From: Nitrospirota bacterium
GTDB taxonomy: Bacteria; Nitrospirota; Thermodesulfovibrionia; Thermodesulfovibrionales; Dissulfurispiraceae
DNA length: 64,000 nt
Assembly: GCA_963790025.1 (NCBI GenBank)
Contig: CAWBMP010000002.1
Location: 32,001 to 96,000 of the forward strand
Direction of reading: 5' to 3'
The position numbers and the translations under genes are program-made. Of the stretch, positions 40,799 through 49,394 are shown piece by piece; position 1 is the stretch's first letter; every line of letters begins with the position of its first letter. The notes beneath the pieces are model-generated. The model was not told where the DNA came from. It made no database searches and was given only the letters and a program-made list of their open reading frames with translations.

Positions 40799-41129
40799 TC
40801 ACTCTTTACATCCTGCTTCATCTATATTAACAATCTTGGGGGTATCATTCTTAGCCTGTAATGCATTAAAAACTACCTTTTGAGCAGATATATCAGCAGC
40901 GGCATAAATCATTGTGGTACGGATATCCGTATGATTAAGCACTTTCTGTATCGCCGCCACCGGCGCTCCTGGGGCATCCGCAAAAGGCAACACGGCGATT
41001 GTGTCATATTTTGGAGAGTCGTTGGAACCTACATATGGACTAACAGTCGGGTATAGTGTTCTCCGGGATTGGTGCACACATGAGACCAGAACCAAAACCA
41101 GTAAAAACAAACGATATAGCCTTTCGCAT
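40799..41129 (-). pseudogene. chimera: lipoprotein N-terminus joined to integrase C-terminus
   Basis: LVSC lipobox and IAVLPFADAPGAP, then VAAIQKVLNHTDIRTTMIY (integrase box II). Confidence 0.75.
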
Positions 41130-41140
41130 ACTGATCCTCC

Positions 41141-42376
41141 TTATCGCCTTGTCTCATAGCTTGCATCCACTTCTCGAGGTGAGAAATCTATTATCCGGAA
41201 TCCCTTCTGCCCCATGCTGTTAGCCAGATAAACTGTATTCTCCGGATAATCGACAATAAAAACACCAATACCTTTTTCGTCTACGTTCGTTACCCATGCT
41301 ATATTTTGGAGGATATCCTTGACGGCAAAATTGGAGTTCAGGTCAGTAACGCCTTCTACCCTGACTTTGACCTTCTTTGTGATCTCCTTTATGTATAAAC
41401 TTAGCTTATCCAAGACAACAGGGGTAAATTTTTCGGAAAGTGCTTTAAGCCCCTTTGCTGTTGCATCCTCGACATTGTTGGCCATGCCTTTTTCTTCCAT
41501 GAAATCCGCTGCCAGGATTTTCACCTTGCCGGGGCCTTCCTTAGTCACTATCCGATAGGTCAACCTGACAGTCACATTATTGAATGGCATGGAGAGGCCG
41601 TAGCCGATATCCTCTCCTTTTCGCGTCGAAACCGTGTAATCTATTTTCCCTATAACAAGCACGTTCGATAAAAACTTATACATAAGACTTCTGACTGACA
41701 GGAAGCTGTTGCCCTTTATCGCTTTCTCTATTTCGCGCGCATCGGCTGCGTGTGTAGGCGCAATATCGTTAACCGTATAGCCGGCGTCTGCAATCCTGCC
41801 GATAAGGTTTTCGGAAAGAATGTTGGTTTCGTCGTATTCATCACTTGTCAGGATATTGTGTCGCTCTATATTCCTAGTGCCGCTGCTTACAGTGCTGCCA
41901 TATTCCTGAACTACCCTAGGTTTTCTGGTAGGTATAAATACGGCTACGGAATTATTCATGGCCAGAAGAGATGCGGCTTCACGGGCTTTCACCGGTTCGA
42001 CGCAGGCATTGATTTTTACCCACATTACGTCTCTTCTATTTTCCTCTCCGATAAGTTTATAGCTGGAGATTATGCCCCGGATCTGTTTGCTTATCGCATC
42101 GTCAACAAGAACCATATTTTGAACGACACTTTGAGCCTTGACCTCCACACCTGCCACCTGCTCAACAGCTGCCCATTTCGCCCTGGCAATAGCCTCGGTT
42201 TTGGCAGAAGGAATGTCGTCATTATTTATAGCAGCTTCTCCTGTAGAGCCAATGCATTTTGATGAGCATAATCCACTCGATAGAAAGATCGTCATAAAAA
42301 GAACAGAAATTATAATGATTGCTTTAAGAACCATGATTTTCAAGTTGTCTTTCCCCCTATCAGGAATTATCTTCAC
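41141..42376 (-). CDS. exported protein with FlgT-N/LPP20-like domain
   Basis: signal/TM segment; GEAAI...AKTEAIARAKWAAVEQVAGVEV pattern. Confidence 0.6.
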   Translation of the reverse strand: MKIIPDRGKDNLKIMVLKAIIIISVLFMTIFLSSGLCSSKCIGSTGEAAINNDDIPSAKTEAIARAKWAAVEQVAGVEVKAQSVVQNMVLVDDAISKQIRGIISSYKLIGEENRRDVMWVKINACVEPVKAREAASLLAMNNSVAVFIPTRKPRVVQEYGSTVSSGTRNIERHNILTSDEYDETNILSENLIGRIADAGYTVNDIAPTHAADAREIEKAIKGNSFLSVRSLMYKFLSNVLVIGKIDYTVSTRKGEDIGYGLSMPFNNVTVRLTYRIVTKEGPGKVKILAADFMEEKGMANNVEDATAKGLKALSEKFTPVVLDKLSLYIKEITKKVKVRVEGVTDLNSNFAVKDILQNIAWVTNVDEKGIGVFIVDYPENTVYLANSMGQKGFRIIDFSPREVDASYETRR

Positions 42377-42437
42377 CGATGTAATTCTTTCCTTCCCAGC
42401 AATGAAGAATTTCGTGATGCTTACAGATTTTCAGATG

Positions 42438-44042
42438 CTAATAGTTTACAAGTATTCCTAAGTCTCCGTTTGCAGTACTTACATTCTCAACATTTAACCA
42501 GGTCGTACCGGAAAATCGGAAAAAACTTCTATTTCTGTACTTAAGGGTGCGGTCTCTGCATAAAAAGAAAGAGTTGGCACCAGATACCAAAGATAAGGGT
42601 TTTGTTACCCACTCAACGGCAATATTGAAACTTCCGCTCGAAATTGTCGTTGCGGGTATAGTGATTGTTGTTTTCGAACATGAAGTGTGGTTTTTTGAGA
42701 TGATCTGGTTCCGAACAGGGGTAAATATTTCCGTTTCTACAGAAAGATTTTCGCTGAATCCATATAAATTAAACAGCATATCGGAGTCGGTATTGTTTAC
42801 AGCATAAATATCAACCGATGTTATCGTGATCGGATAGGAGGTCGGCGTAAATTTTACCGCCATCGCGGGTCGATGTGTTAAAGACCCATCACCCCATGGA
42901 GATGAACGAGTGCCATTTTCACCCACTGTATAATAGCTGATAGTGCCGCTGATGGATGTATTGCTACTGTCACCTCTGTTTCGCAAGTTTTGCGCAGCAG
43001 CAGTTTCTTTTTTCTGCAAAAGATTGGAGGGTCCGGTTACAGATGAGACAAAAAGCTCCTTATCGAAATCGTAGGTCAACCTATAATGTCCTTCAGTAGT
43101 TTGGGTATCTGCATAGCCACTTGTATTAAATTGATCGATCATGCGTCCCCACTCGCTTTGGCTGATCTTATGCCTTGAGAATATTTCACCAATATCTTTT
43201 TGATACTTTGAAATTTTTGAACTTCTGATTTTACCGTCATCGTCCAGCACAAATAAAAATTTAACATTCTTTTGCCCATCTTGAGAAATCAGCATCCCCC
43301 GGCCTTTATTCTTGTTTAACGAATTCATCTGTCCATCAGCGTTAATGTCAACCCGGGATACGGGAAAAAAATTATCTTTTTCAGCGAGGTCCCGGACACG
43401 TTTGATCACCTCTTCTTTGATAGATTTTCTTTTATCGGGCGATTTTGGTAACCAGTCCCCACCGGCAAGGTCACTAATACTGCCAGCGGGTAAAGATACT
43501 TCTCTTTTCGCGGGGGCTGATGGAGCATTTGCTTTCTGTGGTATCTCTGAAATTTGCTCTCCCAGCAGCTTTTTTGCGAGTCTCTTGCTTGATTTCAACA
43601 GGTCGTCTACTTCGCATTTGCAATCATCTTCTGCTATCATCTCTATCTTTCCTGTCTTTACATTTATAAGCGACAAAGAGAGATAATACGTCTTGCCGAG
43701 CATACTCACAGAACCAGCAACTATCTTACCAACTCCAAGAAGCTGCCCGGCCTCAACTATGCATTGCCCCGATACACAGCCCGACATCTGGAATTTCTGT
43801 TCACCCAATATTTTATTCATATTTCCACGGTCTATTACTTCATACTTGTTGGACAGAACAAGCTCAAGCCTTATACTTTCAGTAAGCGGATGAGAAATCT
43901 TTTTGTCCACATCAACTGCTTCAAGATCAAAGACAGCGATATAATTGTCCATCCTTTTGGCGGGTTTGTCTTCAGCATAAACAGCACCTGTGAAAATAAC
44001 TAGGAATAGCACCAAAAATGTCAAAAGCTTACGCATCGCCAT
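42438..44042 (-). CDS. secreted CsgG/TolB-N-like domain protein
   Basis: signal peptide; IAVFDL, VIDRGNMNKILGEQKFQMSGC..CIVEAGQLLGV. Confidence 0.7.
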   Translation of the reverse strand: MAMRKLLTFLVLFLVIFTGAVYAEDKPAKRMDNYIAVFDLEAVDVDKKISHPLTESIRLELVLSNKYEVIDRGNMNKILGEQKFQMSGCVSGQCIVEAGQLLGVGKIVAGSVSMLGKTYYLSLSLINVKTGKIEMIAEDDCKCEVDDLLKSSKRLAKKLLGEQISEIPQKANAPSAPAKREVSLPAGSISDLAGGDWLPKSPDKRKSIKEEVIKRVRDLAEKDNFFPVSRVDINADGQMNSLNKNKGRGMLISQDGQKNVKFLFVLDDDGKIRSSKISKYQKDIGEIFSRHKISQSEWGRMIDQFNTSGYADTQTTEGHYRLTYDFDKELFVSSVTGPSNLLQKKETAAAQNLRNRGDSSNTSISGTISYYTVGENGTRSSPWGDGSLTHRPAMAVKFTPTSYPITITSVDIYAVNNTDSDMLFNLYGFSENLSVETEIFTPVRNQIISKNHTSCSKTTITIPATTISSGSFNIAVEWVTKPLSLVSGANSFFLCRDRTLKYRNRSFFRFSGTTWLNVENVSTANGDLGILVNY

Positions 44043-44112
44043 ATTCTCTCCTTCGTCTCGCCGTCAGGAAGTATCATTGTCGGCGTCCCGATGATTCCCA
44101 TCGAATGTTCTC

Positions 44113-44622
44113 CTACTTAAAAAGCCTGGCAGCTTTATCTCTAATCACCTTGCCGATATTCGGCAGTTCGCCTCTTATGATGTCTTTCACTTTGCTATCA
44201 CTACCTATGAAAACAGTCAGGGGCAAGCCAATTACGCCATAATTCTGACCTACCTTGCCGTACGGGTCACTGAGGATAACAGGGTTGTTTACCTTCAGAG
44301 CATCGAGCATCCCGCTGATCGCATCAAAATCCTCTCTATACCCTATTATCACTACCTTTACGCCTTTCTTCTCAAACTCGGGTACGAGAGAATTCAATAC
44401 AGGAAGTTCATCCTTGCAGGGCACGCAGGTGGGGGCAAAGAAATTGACGATAACACCCGTGACCGCCTTTTTCTTCTTAGCTCCGATATAATCGCTCAGA
44501 TAGAAAAAGGAACCATTGCTGTCTCTAAGCGAAAACAGCGGTGCGTCGTCGTTTATCTTGAGTGCTAATGAGGTGGATGCAGAAAGCAGCAAGAGACAGA
44601 GAAATAGAAGAATGGTTTTCAT
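44113..44622 (-). CDS. TlpA family thiol-disulfide oxidoreductase
   Basis: signal peptide; FFAPTCVPCKDELP; YGVIGLP. Confidence 0.88.
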   Translation of the reverse strand: MKTILLFLCLLLLSASTSLALKINDDAPLFSLRDSNGSFFYLSDYIGAKKKKAVTGVIVNFFAPTCVPCKDELPVLNSLVPEFEKKGVKVVIIGYREDFDAISGMLDALKVNNPVILSDPYGKVGQNYGVIGLPLTVFIGSDSKVKDIIRGELPNIGKVIRDKAARLFK

Positions 44623-44785
44623 AGAATAAACAATACTATATCCAACTGCACCGACGCAAGGTATTTTTCACACTTTTTTTAGGCTGGATTCACTTTTTTA
44701 GGTGGGCGACAGGACGAGGCCGACATGCTGAATCATCCTATCGGCAACCCTGAATCCGGCGGCAAGAATAGCTGAATGAATGTTT

Positions 44786-44998
44786 GTCTCCGGAGACGTG
44801 TTGGAGACAGTTTTATGTTGAGGCAGTTTCTTTATTTATCAACGAGTTGTGAAAGTGGCTATTTTGTAATTCCTTTATTTATCAAGTAGATGAAAAACGG
44901 AGGGGGTGAGATTCGAATAGAACGGAGCCGACTGCAACTGTTTGATTTCTAAAGCACTTCCACTCGGTAAAACGCCATTGGAGACAGAGTGGAGACAG
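44786..44998 (-). repeat. att site 3 (junction of B and C): arm-core-arm
   Basis: core at 44898-44917; GGAGAC pairs at 44792/44803 and 44980/44991; IHF consensus at 44837-44849 and 44935-44947. Confidence 0.88.
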
Positions 44999-45013
44999 TG
45001 TTTTTTTGTCATT

Positions 45014-46807
45014 TTAATTAAGATGGCCTACTGCATCATTGGAATATAAAGAAGGGTTAATAATAAAATCTATAGAGCTGCCACATTTTGTTTTATCAAG
45101 AATTGTCCCAAGTCCACAGCGAACACCCTTAGAATTATAGAACCTCCCTGCACTGGCATAGATTTTTACGGTCTCCAATTCCCTTTTAAGCCCATTCCAC
45201 GCAGCCGTCCACGTCATCACTGAGTCTGTTGTGTGCGGGTGCTGGAACACAATCTCTGGCCTCTCTGCTCTTGCTATACCATGAAAATCCTTATTAACTC
45301 TTGCACGCCATCCTTTTGCATTTCCAGACCGAGGATTAAATACCGTCAAATCGTGGCACCCTAAAATCATAACTTTCCCGATGCTATCAATTTCAACAAA
45401 ATGGGATTTCAAATCGGCGAAGCGTACAAGTCCATTCTGTTGATTGGGGGTAGGATATGATTTCCCAATCCAATGAATTGTACCGCTTTTGATGTCAATT
45501 AAAGCCACCAATTCAATATGGAGTTGTCCTATGTAGTTCTGGGTCGTCGATATTTTTTCCTTAAAAGAATCTATGCCAATGGTTACAAAGCGAGTAAACT
45601 TACTCAACTTTATGCTCAATTCTTCAGATAAAATAGCTTTTATGCACTTCTCAGCTTCCAGGATTAGTCTATCTAAAGCCGCCTGGGGTGGATACTTGTT
45701 ATCTCCTACATCCCGCTGTGTCAGCGATGAGGGCCATTCAAATTGAACAAAGCCACCACAAGTAATTAGAAACTGCACTTTTTCCCCTGCTGGCCATTTG
45801 TCGCACACTGCCTCAAGAAGCCTTTTAGCTGTTTTTGAATCTCCGGACCACTCTCCAGCGATTATTACTCTTGCAAAAAAAGGATTGGGGTCTACCTTTA
45901 TTTCAATGCTTGGGCTTTCATTCTTTCCTTTGAGAATTGCCTCGAATGACTCGACATCTGAGGGATTATCGGGATCCATATGGCACCATACATAATCTTT
46001 GGAGAATAACCTTATGGTCGGCTTCAATCCTACCATGACAGGGAGGAAATCCCTAAGAGTATCGTACCATGCGCGCTGCTCATCTCTAAATATCGGAGTA
46101 TTATCTTTCGCATTAATCTGCTGACAAAGAGATAACCATTTAGTCCTGTCAAAATTAATATCGAGGCCATTTGGGTAACAACGCAGAGCTATCTCCCTTG
46201 CCCTTGTGAAATGTTGTGACTCGTCGAACTCAACAATGAATCCGGGGTCGGGAATAAAGAAATCACAGTTCGGAAGAGTTTCAGTCTTTACAAATAGTTT
46301 GTGTCCTCGATAATCTTGAAGACATTCATAAATTCTCCGAATATCTGTAACATATCGTGTAGTCGCAAAAACCTCAGAAGAGGTACCGATATTAAATTTA
46401 TATTGAGTTTCTACTCTTCCATAAATCTTTCTGAGAAAGTTTTCTACAGTTTTTTTGCAGTCAGGACATCTTTCATTATGATATGGCATTTTTGTCATCG
46501 GCTTCTCACGATGGCTGCGCATGTGGGCGGCTCTGCCAACAGATACAGCCGCCATATTTTCTATATCGAAGCCTAGCGCTGTAAGAAAATTATTTGTCTC
46601 TCTTCCCCCATTAAAATATAACGTATCTAGCTCGCTTCCATTGGCAAACTTATTTGCCAGAGAAATAATGTATTTTGGCGGATAAGAGCGTCCATTGAAC
46701 TGCATTCGGTATTTTTTTGATGCATGCCTACTGGGGATTTGGCTTTGTTCCACCTCCTCAATTGCTCTTAAAATATGAGCGCGCGTTATATTATCGGGAA
46801 TAGGCAT
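45014..46807 (-). CDS. three-domain protein: ScoMcrA-head-like + Vsr/PD-(D/E)xK-like nuclease + nitrilase-like domain
   Basis: ITRAHILRAIEE...YPPKYIISLA...FNGG; CDFFI...VEFDESQHF...QRAWYD; LITCGGF...ILGCHDL. Confidence 0.6.
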   Translation of the reverse strand: MPIPDNITRAHILRAIEEVEQSQIPSRHASKKYRMQFNGRSYPPKYIISLANKFANGSELDTLYFNGGRETNNFLTALGFDIENMAAVSVGRAAHMRSHREKPMTKMPYHNERCPDCKKTVENFLRKIYGRVETQYKFNIGTSSEVFATTRYVTDIRRIYECLQDYRGHKLFVKTETLPNCDFFIPDPGFIVEFDESQHFTRAREIALRCYPNGLDINFDRTKWLSLCQQINAKDNTPIFRDEQRAWYDTLRDFLPVMVGLKPTIRLFSKDYVWCHMDPDNPSDVESFEAILKGKNESPSIEIKVDPNPFFARVIIAGEWSGDSKTAKRLLEAVCDKWPAGEKVQFLITCGGFVQFEWPSSLTQRDVGDNKYPPQAALDRLILEAEKCIKAILSEELSIKLSKFTRFVTIGIDSFKEKISTTQNYIGQLHIELVALIDIKSGTIHWIGKSYPTPNQQNGLVRFADLKSHFVEIDSIGKVMILGCHDLTVFNPRSGNAKGWRARVNKDFHGIARAERPEIVFQHPHTTDSVMTWTAAWNGLKRELETVKIYASAGRFYNSKGVRCGLGTILDKTKCGSSIDFIINPSLYSNDAVGHLN

Positions 46808-46874
46808 TCCTTAGAGTTCCTATGTAATCCGTAACAATTCGATTGCGATTCTTTGCGACAATCATAATCAACAT

Positions 46875-47810
46875 TTATGAATTCTTTTTTATGAGCCAGT
46901 CAGACAGTCCAGAACTTACCACAAGATCAGCAAGCTGTTCTACAAATATCAAATGTATATTATTCTTAGCTGATATCTTCAGTAGTGTTTTGTCAGGCGT
47001 GTGAACAATGTAAAAGAGTTTGGTGAAATCCTTTGTCTGACTGAATCTATTACTGTAATCCTTAAACTCTTTGGCCGTTGAGGAGGATTTTACCTGAACG
47101 AAAATCTTTTCTTTGGTTACCGGAGATATCAAATCAAGATCCAGGTCTTTTTCAGTCTTACCAAGGACACTAACTCTCTGCCAACCGGCATTAGAAAATA
47201 CGAGGTCAACGAGCAATTCGAAATCCTTGGGGGTAAGTTGCTGAATGAGGGGAACAAAATTGTTTTTGAGTGCCTCAAGAGCCTGTTCTGCCTTTACCAC
47301 TTCTATCGGCTTCTTGCCGTTGATCTTGTTGATTATATATTGCTCATCAACAGAACAGATTGTCCCCTGGAATCTTCGAACCTTTGAGAAATTGCCGCTT
47401 ATAGAATCAATTGATAGAGGAGAGCCGTGGATGTCGGTATCGTGCCACTGTCCTATTACCTTTCGTATTTTACTTCCGTCAGATAGTCTTTTAACCCTTT
47501 TTTCGGCAAAGCACCACCATAACCTATTAGCATAAAAAGTAACCCAGAGGGTGTTTTCGTCTGACTCGTAAAAATGCCGTATTTCATTTTTTATCTCGGT
47601 GGCTTTCCCCTTTATCTTGCCTTTATTTTTAAGATAAAAGTCGCGTATCTTTTCCCAGTCACCATTAAGGCAATCCGCATGGTCTGAAGATGCGAAACCA
47701 AGCCTAATTGTATTGTCCTTGGTAATACAATCCTGCTCCCATCGACCTCCGGAGCCCAATTTGATAAAAAAAGCCTTGTTTGGATTAATAGTTGTCATTG
47801 ACGGCACCAT
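46875..47810 (-). CDS. Mrr-like restriction endonuclease
   Basis: LTPKDFELLVDLVF...DLDL...VQVKS Mrr_cat motif at the C-terminus. Confidence 0.8.
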   Translation of the reverse strand: MVPSMTTINPNKAFFIKLGSGGRWEQDCITKDNTIRLGFASSDHADCLNGDWEKIRDFYLKNKGKIKGKATEIKNEIRHFYESDENTLWVTFYANRLWWCFAEKRVKRLSDGSKIRKVIGQWHDTDIHGSPLSIDSISGNFSKVRRFQGTICSVDEQYIINKINGKKPIEVVKAEQALEALKNNFVPLIQQLTPKDFELLVDLVFSNAGWQRVSVLGKTEKDLDLDLISPVTKEKIFVQVKSSSTAKEFKDYSNRFSQTKDFTKLFYIVHTPDKTLLKISAKNNIHLIFVEQLADLVVSSGLSDWLIKKNS

Positions 47811-47816
47811 TGTCCT

Positions 47817-48347
47817 TCATAATTCTCTTCTAACTTTTAAATCAAACAACAATTCCAGCAACTCTCCCATCCCAGTTAATTTTCTAAATTGACTTTTGGG
47901 AATTTCACGGATCGCTGGCCGCTCTTTCTTTTCGCCAAGAGCATTCGCTTTCGTATGTTTAGCTATCTTGAAATGATTTAATGAGGGTAGCGGCTTGCCT
48001 GCAGCATCGCCATAGTAGAGATACTTCAAGCTCATTCTGTGGCTTTCTGAAGATTCATGTCGAATTATCCATACCACACAACTGCTTGGTTTCTGAGCCA
48101 ACGCTGTATTAACCTTTTGTGAAGCTGTCTTGCCCTCCGCGCGAGAATTTTTAAGTTGAACATGCCTCAATATATTATTGCATTCAAGGACCAGATCATA
48201 TCCTGAACTATCGATTTCAGAACGCAAAACCTCTACTGTTGATCCGTAGCTAAACCACGCTTCCTGCAGGAGTTCCGAAATGAAGACATGTTCCACGAGC
48301 TGTTCATAAAAGCCCGATTTTACTGAACATAAAGTTTGCTCGTTCAC
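47817..48347 (-). CDS. PD-(D/E)xK nuclease-like protein
   Basis: E...DSSGYDLVL...HVQLK. Confidence 0.7.
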   Translation of the reverse strand: MNEQTLCSVKSGFYEQLVEHVFISELLQEAWFSYGSTVEVLRSEIDSSGYDLVLECNNILRHVQLKNSRAEGKTASQKVNTALAQKPSSCVVWIIRHESSESHRMSLKYLYYGDAAGKPLPSLNHFKIAKHTKANALGEKKERPAIREIPKSQFRKLTGMGELLELLFDLKVRREL

Positions 48348-48476
48348 AATTCCACCTCCATTGGGGATAGAGCAAAGTTATATATATGGAATAATAGAAA
48401 AATGAAAGGGTTCCAGCTGATCTTGCGGCAGAAAGTTCACGATCTAAAGAGCGTCGTTGAATCAGCCTTTTTTTCG

Positions 48477-49226
48477 CTACCATATTAATTTGTCTTCCGG
48501 CCAATCCTCGTCAAAACTTGAAAAGATAGCCGCATCCATTACACAAGGGAAAATGTCACATGCATCACAAATTCTTTGGAAGCCGTCCAAAACAAAATTA
48601 TAATAATTCTTATCCGACAATGACGTTGCCGACAATTTAATAGGGAAACCGAAATCGGTCAGCCATTTTGTAATTCTGCTATCAATTGGAATCTCAAACC
48701 GCGTAAGACCGAGAGATTGCAGTAAATTTCTGGACTGCTTGGGACCAAAACCTTTCAGGCTGTCAATAATAATCTCAGCAGATTTTCTTTCTGTTTCAGT
48801 CGTCTGATGCCTAGTCATATCTTCAACTATTCCATGTACGATGTCCCATCCCCCATTTTCTAACCACTTACAGTTGACCTTAACCTCTTCGCCAATAGTT
48901 TTGCCTCTTCTCAATCCTCCGAATGCCGTTATAGTTTTTTCTACAGTATTTTGCAGATCGATAGATCCCATGCATTTCGAATAATTCAAGGGAAACGGAG
49001 CTGTGCAAATAAACTTTGTCACGGGACTATTTGGGCCAGACCGTTGTTGAGTAGTGATTAGGCATGAAATCATGGCTTCCCAGAAAAGTTCTTTGGAAAA
49101 TGGAGGAAGGACTTTATTAACATTCCGTTTGATTCGATTTATAACAAAGGCTTTGTTTTTTTGAATCTCGTAAAATGATTTAACCTTTTGAATATCGTTA
49201 TCCTCAATTTGCCAGACTATTTGCAT
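48477..49226 (-). CDS. HhH DNA glycosylase-like protein (Ogg/AGOG-like, no Fe-S)
   Basis: LKGFGPKQSRNLL helix-hairpin-helix with Lys; IPIDSRI Asp. Confidence 0.65.
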   Translation of the reverse strand: MQIVWQIEDNDIQKVKSFYEIQKNKAFVINRIKRNVNKVLPPFSKELFWEAMISCLITTQQRSGPNSPVTKFICTAPFPLNYSKCMGSIDLQNTVEKTITAFGGLRRGKTIGEEVKVNCKWLENGGWDIVHGIVEDMTRHQTTETERKSAEIIIDSLKGFGPKQSRNLLQSLGLTRFEIPIDSRITKWLTDFGFPIKLSATSLSDKNYYNFVLDGFQRICDACDIFPCVMDAAIFSSFDEDWPEDKLIW

Positions 49227-49394
49227 AGGTTCCTTTGTGTATAGCCTATATTATTTTTTTTGTATTCGTATAGCACGCTGCTTACTAGTACCGCCTTTGC
49301 CGCGCCGTCGACCAGATAAACTCCGCCGACTATTTTAACAATTCCCATTGCCTTGGTGTGTCACTATTATAGCCCTGCCATTTCCAAATAAGAT

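Larger units (their letters stand above)
39689..44917. mobile_element. integrative element B (5.2 kb remnant)
   Basis: lies between att cores 2 and 3; integrase C-terminal remnant at 40799-40969. Confidence 0.7.

Noticed and set aside
5992..44917. The three GGAGGGGGTGAGATTCGAA copies as tRNA genes or CRISPR repeats
   Set aside because: Only the T-loop-to-discriminator part is present, with no D or anticodon arm. The copies are kilobases apart and there are no cas genes. They fit att sites.
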